A stretch of DNA of 64,000 nucleotides, from positions 137,061 to 201,060 of the forward strand of contig CAWKKI010000006.1 of NCBI GenBank assembly GCA_963850215.1, read 5' to 3'. Positions within the stretch are counted from its first letter, which is position 1, and the number at the start of each line of letters is the position of its first letter. Made by a program: the position numbers and the translations under genes. The notes below the pieces were generated by a model that was not told the origin of the DNA, made no database searches, and was given only the letters and a program-made list of their open reading frames with translations. This document shows, piece by piece, positions 43,810-54,800 of this stretch. This DNA is from an uncultured Actinomycetota bacterium. Lineage in GTDB: Bacteria; Actinomycetota; Actinomycetes; UBA12327.

Positions 43810-46125
43810 ATGGCAGGCGATCCGCTGGATGAGCCGCTGACCCGTGTCCTCGGCGGGCGCACCGCCACCACGCTCAAGACACAACTCGGCGCGCAGACCG
43901 CGGGCGACCTACTGACCCATTACCCGCGCCGATACGCCGAGCGCGGCCAGCTCACCGACCTGGCGAGCCTGCGAGTCGACGAGCGGGTGACTGTGCTCGC
44001 GCGGGTGAAGACCGTGGTGGCCCGCCGCATGCAGCACCGCCGGGGGACCTTGTTGGAGGTCGTGGTCACTGACGGGCAGGCCGATCTCTCGTTGACCTTC
44101 TTCAATCAGGCCTGGCGTGAGCGCGACCTGCAACCGGGCCGGGTTGGCCTCTTCGCCGGCAAGGTCGGCTCCTACCGAGGCAAGCGGCAACTCGCGCATC
44201 CCGACTACGTCATCCTCACCGAAGACGCCGGTGTGACGCCGAGCGCTCGTGAACTTTTCGACACCGACCCCGATGCCGAGCCCGCCGACGTGCTCGACCC
44301 CGAGGCGCGTGATGCCGTGGAGTCATTTGCGGGCGCGATCATCCCGGTCTACCCCGCGACTGCGAAGTTGGCGTCGTGGCGGATTGCACAGTGCATCCGC
44401 GCACTTCTCGACATGGTCGACATCGCTGACGTACCCGACCCGTTGCCAACCGAGGTGCGAGCCGACGCTGACCTGATCGCTCGAGGTGATGCGTTACGGC
44501 TCAAGCACCAACCGGAGTCCATGAAGGACGTGGCGCTCGCGGATCGACGGCTGCGCTTCGACGAGGCGTTCGTCTTGCAGGCCACGCTGGTGCAGCGACG
44601 CGCCCTGGCTCGCGCCACCCCGACGACACCGCGGATCGCTCGCCCTGATGGCCTGCTTGCGGCCTTCGATGAGCGCTTGCCGTTCACTCTGACTAAAGGC
44701 CAACGAGAGATCGGCGATCTCATCTTCGAAGAGATTGCCCAGCCTGAGCCGATGCTGCGGCTGCTGCAGGGCGAGGTCGGCTCGGGCAAGACCGTCGTGG
44801 CACTTCGCGCGATGCTCGCCGTCATCGATGCAGGTGGGCAGGCTGCGTTGCTCGCCCCGACCGAGGTGCTCGCCGTGCAGCACCATCGGTCGCTGACCGC
44901 GATGCTCGGACCGCTTGCCGCGGGCGGGATGCTCGGCGGCGACGAGCACGCGACTCGGGTCGCGCTGCTCACCGGCTCGATGTCTACGGCCGCGCGCAAG
45001 TCCGCGCTGCTCGACGCGGCGTCCGGTGCCGCCGGGATCGTCGTCGGGACTCACGCAGTGCTTGAGGACGTCGTGAGCTTCGCCGACCTTGGTCTGGTCG
45101 TCGTCGACGAGCAGCATCGCTTCGGTGTCGAGCAACGTGACACCCTCCGCGGCAAGGGCGTCACGCCACCGCATGTGCTCGTGATGACGGCAACTCCCAT
45201 TCCGCGCACCATCGCCATGACTGTCTTCGGTGACCTCGACGTCTCGACCCTGCGCGAATTGCCGAAGGGGCGCTCGCCCATCGCGACCCACGTGGTGCCT
45301 GCGCGCGAACAGCCGGCCCTGCTAGACCGCGCCTGGCAACGAATCCGTGAGGAGGTGGCTGATGGGCACCGAGCCTTCGTCGTTTGCCCGCGCATCGATG
45401 CGAGCGTGGCTGGCACCGCGGATGGTCTCGACGATGCGGACTCGTACGTCGCCGATCCCGGCTCCGACGACCTCGGGGGCGACGATGCCGATGGCGGCAC
45501 CGGCCCTCGGGTCGAGGGGCGATCGGTGCTCGATACCGCCGAGTACTTGCGCACTGGGCCGCTGCGCGACCTGCGCCTCGGAGTCCTGCACGGAAGGCTG
45601 CCTTCCGACGAGAAGGACGCGGTCATGTCGGCCTTTGCCCGCGGCGACCTGGACGTGCTGGTCGCCACCACCGTCATCGAGGTCGGGGTCGACGTGCCTG
45701 AGGCCACTGTGATGGTCGTGATGAGTGCAGATCGCTTCGGCGTCTCGCAGCTGCACCAGCTGCGCGGTCGCGTGGGTCGGGGGAGCGCGGCCGGGCTGTG
45801 CCTGCTTGTCACCGACCTCGTTGGCGAGTCGCCCGCGCGCGAACGCATCGACGCGGTGGCTGCGACCACCGACGGCTTCGAGCTTTCGCGGGTTGACTTG
45901 CGCAACCGGCGCGAAGGCGACGTGCTGGGGACGAGCCAGTCTGGTCGCCGCTCGTCGCTCAATCTGTTGCGTGTGCTCGAAGACGAGGACCTGATCGTCG
46001 AGGCGCGCGCCGCGGCCGAACGAGTAATTCACCACGACCCGCAGTTGACCGAGCACCCCGAACTGGCGACGGCGATCGCCCGTGAGGTCGACGAGTCACA
46101 GGCGACCTTCCTGGACAAGGCGTGA
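43810..46125 (+). CDS. recG: ATP-dependent DNA helicase RecG
   Basis: 771 aa with a wedge domain and SF2 helicase motifs (GEVGSGKT, DEQHRFG). Confidence 0.95.
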   Translation: MAGDPLDEPLTRVLGGRTATTLKTQLGAQTAGDLLTHYPRRYAERGQLTDLASLRVDERVTVLARVKTVVARRMQHRRGTLLEVVVTDGQADLSLTFFNQAWRERDLQPGRVGLFAGKVGSYRGKRQLAHPDYVILTEDAGVTPSARELFDTDPDAEPADVLDPEARDAVESFAGAIIPVYPATAKLASWRIAQCIRALLDMVDIADVPDPLPTEVRADADLIARGDALRLKHQPESMKDVALADRRLRFDEAFVLQATLVQRRALARATPTTPRIARPDGLLAAFDERLPFTLTKGQREIGDLIFEEIAQPEPMLRLLQGEVGSGKTVVALRAMLAVIDAGGQAALLAPTEVLAVQHHRSLTAMLGPLAAGGMLGGDEHATRVALLTGSMSTAARKSALLDAASGAAGIVVGTHAVLEDVVSFADLGLVVVDEQHRFGVEQRDTLRGKGVTPPHVLVMTATPIPRTIAMTVFGDLDVSTLRELPKGRSPIATHVVPAREQPALLDRAWQRIREEVADGHRAFVVCPRIDASVAGTADGLDDADSYVADPGSDDLGGDDADGGTGPRVEGRSVLDTAEYLRTGPLRDLRLGVLHGRLPSDEKDAVMSAFARGDLDVLVATTVIEVGVDVPEATVMVVMSADRFGVSQLHQLRGRVGRGSAAGLCLLVTDLVGESPARERIDAVAATTDGFELSRVDLRNRREGDVLGTSQSGRRSSLNLLRVLEDEDLIVEARAAAERVIHHDPQLTEHPELATAIAREVDESQATFLDKA

Positions 46126-46697
46126 CACGCATCATCAGCGGCGCTGCGCGGGGGCGCCGACTGGTTGTGCCAGAGGGACGCGACACCAGGCCGACCTCGG
46201 ACCGCGCGCGCGAAGGTCTTTTCTCGACACTCGCCGATCTGCACGGGCCGCTCACGGGCGCGCACGTGCTCGACCTCTACGCCGGCTCGGGCGCCATGGG
46301 CTTCGAGTCACTCTCGCGCGGAGCCGCGATCGCGACGATGGTCGAGTCCGCAACTCGCGCGGTACGCGCAATTCGCGCCAATGACGACACTCTCGATCTA
46401 CCCGGCGCATTCGTCGTGGTCGATCGGGTCGAGCGCGCGCTGGCCATCGAGCACGATCCACTGCCCGGCGAGCCGTTCGACATCGTCACGGCCGACCCTC
46501 CGTATGCAGTCGGCGCGGACACCATGCGGGCACATCTGACTGCCTTGATCGAAGCCAAGCGACTCACCGCGCACGCACTTGCCGTGATCGAACGGTCCTC
46601 GCGCGATCCCGACTTCGACTGGCCCGACGGCTGGGCCGCCGATCGTGTGCGCACCTATGGCGAAGCCGCGCTTTGGTACGGTCGCGCCAGCGATTGA
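46122..46697 (+). CDS. rsmD: 16S rRNA (guanine966-N2)-methyltransferase
   Basis: 191 aa with VLDLYAGSGAMGFE and DPPY motifs. It overlaps the recG stop. Confidence 0.85.
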   Translation: MTRIISGAARGRRLVVPEGRDTRPTSDRAREGLFSTLADLHGPLTGAHVLDLYAGSGAMGFESLSRGAAIATMVESATRAVRAIRANDDTLDLPGAFVVVDRVERALAIEHDPLPGEPFDIVTADPPYAVGADTMRAHLTALIEAKRLTAHALAVIERSSRDPDFDWPDGWAADRVRTYGEAALWYGRASD

Positions 46698-46714
46698 CGC
46701 CCTGAGGAGTCTGC

Positions 46715-47194
46715 GTGCGCAAGGCGGTGTGCCCGGGATCCTTCGATCCTGTGACCAACGGTCACCTCGACATCGTCGAGCGCGCCGCGGGCCTCTTCGA
46801 CGAGGTCTATGTCTCGGTCCTCGTTAATCGAACGAAGAAGAGCCTGTTCACCGTCGATGAGCGGCTGTCGCAGTTGCGCGAGGTCACGACGCATCTGCCC
46901 AACGTTGTCATCACGTCGTTCGAGGGTCTGCTCGTCGACTTCTGCACGACCAACGACATCCACGCCATCGTCAAGGGCCTGCGCGCCGTAAGCGACTTCG
47001 ACTACGAGTTGCAGATGGCGCAGATGAACCACCGCCTCGCCGGGGTCGAGACGCTCTTCATCTCTACGAATCCTCTGTACAGCTTCCTGTCCTCAAGCCT
47101 GGTCAAGGAGATCGCGGGCAACGGCGGAGATGTGCGTGGCCTCGTCCCCGATTCGGTGGTCGAACGGCTGACCGAGAGGCTCGCGCACGCATGA
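46715..47194 (+). CDS. coaD: Phosphopantetheine adenylyltransferase
   Basis: [18 protein letters not shown] (H/TxGH motif). Confidence 0.95.
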   Translation: MRKAVCPGSFDPVTNGHLDIVERAAGLFDEVYVSVLVNRTKKSLFTVDERLSQLREVTTHLPNVVITSFEGLLVDFCTTNDIHAIVKGLRAVSDFDYELQMAQMNHRLAGVETLFISTNPLYSFLSSSLVKEIAGNGGDVRGLVPDSVVERLTERLAHA

Positions 47195-47266
47195 CACTCC
47201 GACGCGAACGGGTTGTGGTGTTCGCCCCATCTGTCCAGCATGAGAGTGTGAGCCCGGACGAGGAGG

Positions 47267-47782
47267 TTGGCGGTGGACGCCTACGGCAAGCTCGACGAGA
47301 TCATTGCGATGGTCGAGAGCGCTCGGTCCATGCCCATGTCTGCTTCGGCCATGGTCAACCGCGGCGAGCTACTCGCCATGCTCGACGACCTACGCGGGGC
47401 GTTGCCCGACGACCTTGACGCTGCCGCGCGGGTGCTCCAACGTCGCGACGAAGTGGTCGACGAGGGACGCACGGAAGCCAGCCGGATCATTGACAACGCA
47501 CACGAAGAACGACTTCGCCTGGTCGAGGAGACCGACGTCTACCGCCAGGCGCTGATTGAGGGCGAGCGGCTGGTGGCCGAGGCCGACAACGAATCCACCC
47601 GGATGCGGTCGGAGGTCGACGACTACGTCGACCACAAGCTGGCCAACTTCGAGATCGTGCTGGAACGGACCCTGGCTGCCGTCCATCGTGGCCGCGACAA
47701 GCTCCGGGGACGCACCGAATATGAGGGCCTGGAGGCCCCAGTCGACGAGTCTCCGTTGCTCAGCGGCGACGAGGACGAGTGA
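47267..47782 (+). CDS. Conserved hypothetical coiled-coil protein (ATP-synthase-b/DivIVA-like low-complexity helix)
   Basis: 171 aa, highly charged, predicted coiled coil. It sits between coaD and yceD. Confidence 0.55.
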   Translation: MAVDAYGKLDEIIAMVESARSMPMSASAMVNRGELLAMLDDLRGALPDDLDAAARVLQRRDEVVDEGRTEASRIIDNAHEERLRLVEETDVYRQALIEGERLVAEADNESTRMRSEVDDYVDHKLANFEIVLERTLAAVHRGRDKLRGRTEYEGLEAPVDESPLLSGDEDE

Positions 47783-47872
47783 TTTTTGGGCGCTGAGGCG
47801 CCCTCCGGTAGCCTGTCCCGTGGTTTCCTTCTGGGAACCGTTCGGATCCGAGGTCGTCTTCAGGGAGTCTGC

Positions 47873-48454
47873 GTGTCAACCCGCCCTGACCCCCGATCCC
47901 CGTTTGTGTTCGATATCCGCGAACTCGGACGGCGACCGGGTGCCATGGTGCAGGTCAGACGCACCGCCTCCGCTCCTGTCGGCCTCGGCATCGACACGAT
48001 CGGTGTGCCCGATGGCTCCGACCTGGACCTCGACGTGAGGTTCGAGTCGGTGCAAGAGGGCGTGCTCGTGACGGCTACCGTCACTGCACCTGTCGTCGGT
48101 GAGTGCTCGCGCTGCCTCGATCCGGTCGTCTCGACCGAGACCGTGGTTGCACGGGACCTCTACGTTTACGAGGACAAGAACACCGTTCGCAACGAGCCCT
48201 ATGACGAGGAGACCCCACGCACCAACGGGGACTTCCTCGACATCGAGCCGATGGTGCGTGACGACTTGGTTATCGAGTTGCCGCTCGCACCGCTGTGCCG
48301 GGACGACTGTCCGGGACTGTGTTCCGAATGCGGTGCACGCCTGGCGGACGACCCGACACATCAGCACGATGTGATCGACCCGAGATGGGCCGCTCTGCGT
48401 CACGTTGCCGTCGGCAGCGCGTCGGACGAGCGCAACGAGCAGAAAGAGACGTAA
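47873..48454 (+). CDS. yceD: YceD/DUF177 family protein (large ribosomal subunit accumulation)
   Basis: C-terminal CxxC…CxxC pattern (CSRCLDP… CPGLCSECG). It is immediately upstream of rpmF. GTG start after an AGGGAG RBS. Confidence 0.8.
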   Translation: MSTRPDPRSPFVFDIRELGRRPGAMVQVRRTASAPVGLGIDTIGVPDGSDLDLDVRFESVQEGVLVTATVTAPVVGECSRCLDPVVSTETVVARDLYVYEDKNTVRNEPYDEETPRTNGDFLDIEPMVRDDLVIELPLAPLCRDDCPGLCSECGARLADDPTHQHDVIDPRWAALRHVAVGSASDERNEQKET

Positions 48455-48456
48455 TC

Positions 48457-48630
48457 GTGGCTGTTCCCAAGAGGAAGACCTCGCGCAGCAACACTCGGCA
48501 CCGCCGCGCGCAGTGGAAGGCGTCTGCCCCGACGCTGACCCCGTGCGACCGCTGTCGTGAGCCGAAGCTGCCGCACGTCGCGTGCCCGACCTGCGGGACG
48601 TACAACAAGCGTCAGGTTCTGTCGGTCTGA
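48457..48630 (+). CDS. rpmF: 50S ribosomal protein L32
   Basis: VAVPKRKTSRSNTRHRRAQWKA…. Confidence 0.9.
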   Translation: MAVPKRKTSRSNTRHRRAQWKASAPTLTPCDRCREPKLPHVACPTCGTYNKRQVLSV

Positions 48631-48638
48631 CGACCGAG

Positions 48639-49631
48639 GTGGCTGACTCCACGCGACCAGTCACGGTCGCCCTCGACCTGCTCGGCGGCGACGGCGCCCC
48701 CGGGGTCGTCGCTGACGCCGCGTTGCTCGTCGCCCGCGAGCAGCCCGACGTTGATCTCATCCTCGTCGGCACGCCGAATCTCGCCGAGCGGATTCCCGTC
48801 GGCGCTTCACACTTCGCTTTCGTTGCTGCCGACGGCTTCGTCGCCATGAACGAGGATCCGGCTCGCGCGGTTCGATCGCGTCCACTCGTAAGCGTCCGCG
48901 TCGCAGCGGATCTCGTACGCGACGGCAAGGCGGATGCCTGCGTGTCGATGGGGCACACCGGTGCAGCGCTGGCCGCAGCGGTTCTGCGGATCGGGCGACT
49001 GCCTGGCATCAAGCGCCCCGCAGTCGCGGTTGTCATCCCGTGCCCGCGGGGCAATGTCGTGATGCTCGATGCCGGAGGCACCACGGAGTGCACGACCGAA
49101 ATGCTCGTCCAGTTCGCGCTCAGCGGCACTGCCTTTGCGGCAGCTTTGGGCATCAGGGACCCGCGCGTCGGACTTCTGACAATCGGCTCCGAGCCAGGCA
49201 AGGGCGACACTCTGCGTCGCCGCGCACACGCTGCGCTTGAGAAGGTTCCAATCGACTACGTAGGTGGCGTCGAGGGCGAGGCCGTTTCGGTCGGGGGCCT
49301 TTGCGACGTCGTCGTTACCGACGGCTTCACTGGCAATGTCGTGCTGAAGGCAATCGAAGGCACGGCGGCAGTGACCGCCGAACGATTGGCCCGCGTCTAC
49401 AACGACCCACGCCCCGCGCGCGAGATGGCCGCTGCCTTGACCGAACAGCACTCCGGCGCTGTTCTCCTCGGGGTTCAGGGGGTCTCGGTCGTCGGCCACG
49501 GCAACGCGACCGCGCGAGGAGTCGCCGCGTGCGTGGCGCTGGCCGCACGAGCTGTCCGCGAGGAACTGGTGCCGCGTACCTCGCGTCTGATCGGAGACCT
49601 CGACCGGCGGTGGCGTCGGAGTTCGCGGTGA
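48639..49631 (+). CDS. plsX: Phosphate acyltransferase PlsX
   Basis: …[15 protein letters not shown]…, and …[14 protein letters not shown]…. Confidence 0.9.
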   Translation: MADSTRPVTVALDLLGGDGAPGVVADAALLVAREQPDVDLILVGTPNLAERIPVGASHFAFVAADGFVAMNEDPARAVRSRPLVSVRVAADLVRDGKADACVSMGHTGAALAAAVLRIGRLPGIKRPAVAVVIPCPRGNVVMLDAGGTTECTTEMLVQFALSGTAFAAALGIRDPRVGLLTIGSEPGKGDTLRRRAHAALEKVPIDYVGGVEGEAVSVGGLCDVVVTDGFTGNVVLKAIEGTAAVTAERLARVYNDPRPAREMAAALTEQHSGAVLLGVQGVSVVGHGNATARGVAACVALAARAVREELVPRTSRLIGDLDRRWRRSSR

Positions 49632-50338
49632 GTCCGCCGGTCTTCGTGCGCTCGGCCGAACTCGACACCGGTCTGGGACTCTCCATCGGCGATGCTTTGC
49701 TTGAGCAGGCGCTCACCCATCGCTCGTTCGCGTATGAGCAGGGCGGCCTGCCAACCAACGAGCGCCTTGAGTTCCTCGGTGATGCAGTACTTGGTCTCGT
49801 TGTCACTGACGCTCTTTACAACGATCTGCCCGACCTGCCCGAAGGCCAATTGGCGAAGCTGCGCGCGGCAGTCGTGAACATGCGTGCGCTCGCCGACGTC
49901 GCACGTGGGCTAGGTGTGGCTGGTGCCGTGCGGCTGGGCAACGGCGAGGAAGTCACCGGTGGGCGCGACAAGTCCTCGATCCTGGCCGATACGTTGGAAG
50001 CGTTGATCGGTGCTGCGTACCTGGATCAGGGCATCGACGCGGCTCGCGTGCTGGTGCGGCGCTTGTTCGATCCGCTGATTTCTGACGCCACCGGATTGGG
50101 CGCGGGCCTTGACTGGAAGACGAGCTTGCAGGAGCGCACAGCGGCGCTGACTCTGGGCGTACCCGACTACCGCGTCAGTGAAAGCGGCCCGGACCACGCG
50201 AAGTCGTTCGAGGCGACGGTGATCGTCGGGGGCCGGTCGCTCGGTTCGGGAGTCGGGCGTTCGAAGAAGGCGGCTGAGCAGCAGGCGGCCGCGGTTGCAT
50301 GGCGCGCGCTCGAGAACGAGCCGTCCACCGGCGACTGA
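49628..50338 (+). CDS. rnc: Ribonuclease III
   Basis: RNase III signature [15 protein letters not shown], plus a dsRBD at the C-terminus. Confidence 0.9.
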   Translation: MSPPVFVRSAELDTGLGLSIGDALLEQALTHRSFAYEQGGLPTNERLEFLGDAVLGLVVTDALYNDLPDLPEGQLAKLRAAVVNMRALADVARGLGVAGAVRLGNGEEVTGGRDKSSILADTLEALIGAAYLDQGIDAARVLVRRLFDPLISDATGLGAGLDWKTSLQERTAALTLGVPDYRVSESGPDHAKSFEATVIVGGRSLGSGVGRSKKAAEQQAAAVAWRALENEPSTGD

Positions 50339-50341
50339 CCC

Positions 50342-51264
50342 ATGCCGGAGCTTCCCGAGGTCGAGGTGGTCCGCCGCGGCCTGCAGCGTTGGATCACCGG
50401 ACGCTCGGTCGCCGCGGTCGAAGTGCTGCATCCGCGCGCGGTGCGCCGACACGTTGCCGGCGCGGACGACTTCGCGGCACGGCTGATTGGTCGCACGATC
50501 GTGTCGGTCGAACGACGAGGCAAGTTTCTGTGGTGGGTGCTTGACGACGAGCACGCGGTCGTCGCGCATCTCGGGATGAGCGGGCAACTTCTCGTCGTGC
50601 CGTCGTCCCAGATGGACGAGGCCCATCTGCGCGTCCGGGTTCGTCTCGCCGAAGGCGAGCGAGAGTCGCACGGCGCCGAAGGCGAGCGAGGTGCACGGCG
50701 CCGAGCGGAGGGTGAGCCGAAGGCGAACTGGAGTTGCGGTTCGTCGACCAACGGACCTTCGGCGGCCTCGCCATCGAGCCGCTGATCGACGGCGTGCCGC
50801 GCACCGTGGCTCACATCGCGCGCGATCCGTTCGACCCGCTATTCGATGACGTCGACTTTGCGAAACGTCTGCGCCGTAAGCAGACGGGACTGAAACGTGC
50901 GCTTCTCGATCAGACCCTCGTATCCGGCATCGGCAACATCTACGCCGATGAGAGCTTGTGGCGTGCGCAGTTGCACTACGCGCGTGCCGCCGATCGATTG
51001 CCGCGAGCGGACGCGCTGAGCGTGCTTCACGCGGCTCGGGCGGTGATGTCAGACGCGCTCGATCAGGGCGGGACGTCCTTTGACTCGTTGTACGTCGATG
51101 TCAACGGCAGCAGTGGCTACTTCTCCCGGTCGTTGGCCGTGTACGGGCAGCAGGACAAACCGTGCCTGCGTTGCGGCACACCGATCCGACGAGAGTCGTT
51201 CATGAACCGCTCGTCCTTCTTGTGTCCCACGTGCCAACGGCGGCCTCGCTCAGCGCGCTGGTAG
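50342..51264 (+). pseudogene. mutM: Formamidopyrimidine-DNA glycosylase. The frame is shifted inside an imperfect tandem duplication (about 50648-50725).
   Basis: The N-terminal piece is [14 protein letters not shown]…[10 protein letters not shown]. The C-terminal piece is [13 protein letters not shown]…[25 protein letters not shown] (zinc finger). The junction contains repeated units of gccgaaggcgagcgag(a)gt(c)gcacggc. Confidence 0.9.
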
Positions 51265-51507
51265 TCCGCGCCCGGTGCGACGGTCGCCATCCCGCCAGCG
51301 CCGGCGGGATGGCGCAAATCGGGCAAAGCAGCGGCAGATCGCGCTGTGCACGGTCGACGGTCATGACCCGTTCGGGGGAATGAGAGTTCGCTCCCAGGTG
51401 GCCGACCTTGACCACAGGGAACCTGCGGTGTCACTCTGAACCAGTCGGCGCCGTCCATCTGATGGCCCCACCTTCCCCGGGCTGTCACCCACCGCTAAGG
51501 ACGCTGC

Positions 51508-51693
51508 ATGGCCAAGGCCTTGTACGGGCACGTCGGAGGAGCGGATCCCCGCCTCCTCGCCGAGGTGGCCCGTCTTCGTCGGCGTGTCGAGGACCTCGAA
51601 AAAGAGTTGGCTCGCACGCGCGCAGAGATCGACCTGAGCAGGACCGACATCCTGTCCTTGGACGACGTGACACCCGAGCCAGCCCTCGCCTGA
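51508..51693 (+). CDS. Hypothetical small coiled-coil protein (61 aa)
   Basis: An ORF with codon usage typical of the genome, located between fpg and smc. I recognise no domain. Confidence 0.35.
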   Translation: MAKALYGHVGGADPRLLAEVARLRRRVEDLEKELARTRAEIDLSRTDILSLDDVTPEPALA

Positions 51694-51817
51694 CGCGCCT
51701 TTCTGACTCGGCCCTTGTTTACCGGCTGCGCTTGACTCGCGCCTTCCAGGAGCGCGGCGAATCCCCAGGTAGGGTTCGGGCTGGTCTTCCCCGGTACGCC
51801 GTCAGGAGCGAGCCCCC

Positions 51818-54800
51818 GTGCATCTGAAGTCCTTGACCCTTCGCGGGTTCAAGTCCTTCGCCTCATCGACCACGTTGCGGTTCGAGCCGGGCATCACTGC
51901 CGTCGTCGGCCCCAACGGGTCGGGCAAGTCCAACGTCGTAGATGCGTTGGCCTGGGTCATGGGCGAGCAAGGCGCCAAGTCCTTGCGCGGCGGCAAGATG
52001 GAAGACGTCATCTTTGCCGGCACCGCTGGTCGTCCGCCGCTCGGTCGTGCCGAGGTACTTCTGACGATCGACAACAGCGACGGCGCACTTCCGATCGACT
52101 ACAGCGAAGTCACGATCTCGCGCATCATGTTCCGAAACGGCGGCTCGGAATACGCCATCAACGGCGAGACCTGTCGGCTCCTCGATGTCCAAGAACTCCT
52201 GTCCGACTCCGGCATCGGCCGGGAGATGCACGTCATCGTTGGACAGGGCCAGCTCGATGCCGTCCTGTCTGCCACCCCGGAAGATCGACGCGGCTTCATC
52301 GAGGAGGCGGCCGGCGTCCTCAAGCACCGCAAGCGCAAGGAAAAGGCGCTGCGCAAGCTCGATGCGATGACGGCGAACCTCACACGGCTCTCCGACCTGA
52401 CAAGCGAGCTCCGCCGCCAGCTCAAGCCGCTGGGCAGGCAAGCAGAAGTGGCCCGACGCGCGACTGTCGTGCAGGCCGATGTGCGCGACGCGCGACTGCG
52501 ACTGCTCGCCGATGACTACGTGACCTTGCGCTCCACCCTTGAGGCGGAGGTCGCGGACGAGACCGTGCTGCGGGCTCGGCGCTCTGAGGTCGAGGCTGCC
52601 CACGCGGCGGCGGTCGAACGCGAGACGCAGATCGATGCGTTGACCGCGAGCGACGCACCAAAGCTCGCGGCTGCGCAAGACACCTGGTACCGCTTGTCCG
52701 CGCTACGGGAGCGGCTGCGCGGCACTGCCTCGCTGGCAGCAGAACGAGTCCGGCATCTCCAGCCGGACGAGACGATGGAGTCGACGCCGGGTCGCGACCC
52801 GGCTGAGCTCGAACGTGAAGCGCGCGAAGTTCGCGAGCATGAGGGCGAGTTGCAGGACTCGGTCGAACGGGATCGGGCCGCTCTTGCCGATGTGGAAGCG
52901 AAACGACGCGAGGCGGAAGAGGGCTTGGCCGCGGCCGAACGCGCGCTGGCCGCGCACCTTCGCGCCGCCGCGGACCGCCGCGAAGGTCTCGCGCGGCTGA
53001 CCGGCCAGGTTCAGTCGGCGCGCACGCGGCTTGAAACGCGGGAAACCGAGATCGCGCGGCTGCGCACCTCGATCAGCGATGCGCGCGCCCGTGCTGAGCA
53101 CCAGCAGCGAGAGTTCAGCGCGCTTGAGTCCCAGGTCGCGGGACTTGACCAGGGAGAGCTCGATCTCGACTCCGAACACGAGCGAGCCGCGACCGCCTTC
53201 CAAGCCGCCGACGAGCAAGTTGAGCAGTTGCGTGCCGCCGAACGCGACGCTGAACGCGAGCGTGCGGCGCTCGCGGCCCGCAAGGAAGCGCTCGAGATCG
53301 GGCTGAGCGGGCAGGACGGGATGTCGACCCTGCTGGCCGCTGGCACGCGACTGTCGGGCGTACTCGGGTCCGTTGCCGCTCTCGTGTCCGTGCGGTCCGG
53401 CTATGAGCGAGCAGTCGGCGCGGCTCTCGGTTCGGCGGCGGAGGCGATCGCTGTCGACTCGATGCAAAGCGCCTTCGACGCGATGGCGTTGCTCAAGGAA
53501 TCAGAAAGCGGACGCGCATCGATCCTGATCGCAGCGCCAGGCGCTTCTGCTGGATCTCAACGAAGCCCCCTGCCTGGTGGCGCGACGTGGGCAGCCGACG
53601 TCGTAGACGTGCGTTCGGATCTTCGACCTCGCATCGAAGAGCTGCTCGCGCTGCACGTTGTAGTCGATGATCTGGCGCGCGCTCGCGACATCGTTCGCGG
53701 TGACCCATCGCTGATCGCTGTGACGCGTGACGGTGACGTCCTCAGTTCGCACCTCGCCGCTGGCGGATCTGGTCGCGAGCAAGGTCTGATCGAAGTGCAA
53801 GCGGCCGTAGATGAGACCACGCGCGCTCTTGAGACTGCCGTGCATGACTCGGAACGATTGCGATTCGAGCTTGCGACCGCCATCGACGTGCGCCGTGATG
53901 CGCAGTCCGCGGTTGATGCCTCGATGGCTGCGCTGCACGAGTCGGATGCGCGGATGGCGGCAGTCGCGGAGCAGCTGGCCACCCTCGGATCGCAGGCCCG
54001 AGCAGCGACCGCCGAAGCCCACCGACTTGAGGCAGCGCTCGCGCAGGCTGAGGGCGCGGCAGCCAACGACCGAGTGCAGGTCGAGGAACTTGGTCAACGC
54101 CTGTCGGCCGCGGAGCAAGCTCCCGACGATGTCGAACCCGATTCGGGCGAACGCGATACCGCCGCTCGGATTGCAGTCGAGGCGCGAGCCGCCGAGGTCG
54201 ACGCACGACTGACTGTGCGCACCGGCGAAGAACGCTTGTCCGCACTGACCGATCGTGCCGCCGGTCTTGAGCACGCTGCCCGCGAAGAACGCGATGCGCG
54301 TCTGCGGGCCGAAGCGCGGCGTGAACGACGTGCGCGTGAAGCGGTGGTCGCGGTCGCAGTCCTTGAGGCCGCGGAGAAGACCCTGACCTTCCTCGACTCT
54401 TCGTTGCAACTGGCAGTCACGCAGCGCGACACGTTGCAGCACCAGCGCGATGAGCGCGAAGGCGAGTTGCTTGCGGTGCGCGCGCGTACTCGCGACCTTG
54501 CGGCCGAACTGGATTCGTTGACCACGACCGTGCATCGAGACGAGGTTGCGCGGGCCGAGCAGCGACTGCGCCTCGAGGCCCTCGAGACTCGGTCGATCGA
54601 GGAGTTCGGCGTCGAGCCGACGGCCTTGATCAACGAGTACGGACCAGAGCAGATGGTGCCGCCTTCGCCACCCGTCCCTGGCGAGGAGCCCACAGCCGAC
54701 GCGCCGGCGCCGAAGCCGATTCCCTACGTGCGTGAACATCAGGAGAAGCGATTGCGCACCGCCGAGCGCGCGCTGGCGTTGCTCGGCAAGGTGAATCCGC

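Noticed and set aside
47786-47872. The ATG at 47786 as the yceD start, and the gggcgctgaggcgccc palindrome at 47793-47808
   Set aside because: The N-terminal 29 residues are non-conserved. The GTG at 47873 with an AGGGAG RBS is a better start. The palindrome has no flanking U-tract and its function is unclear.
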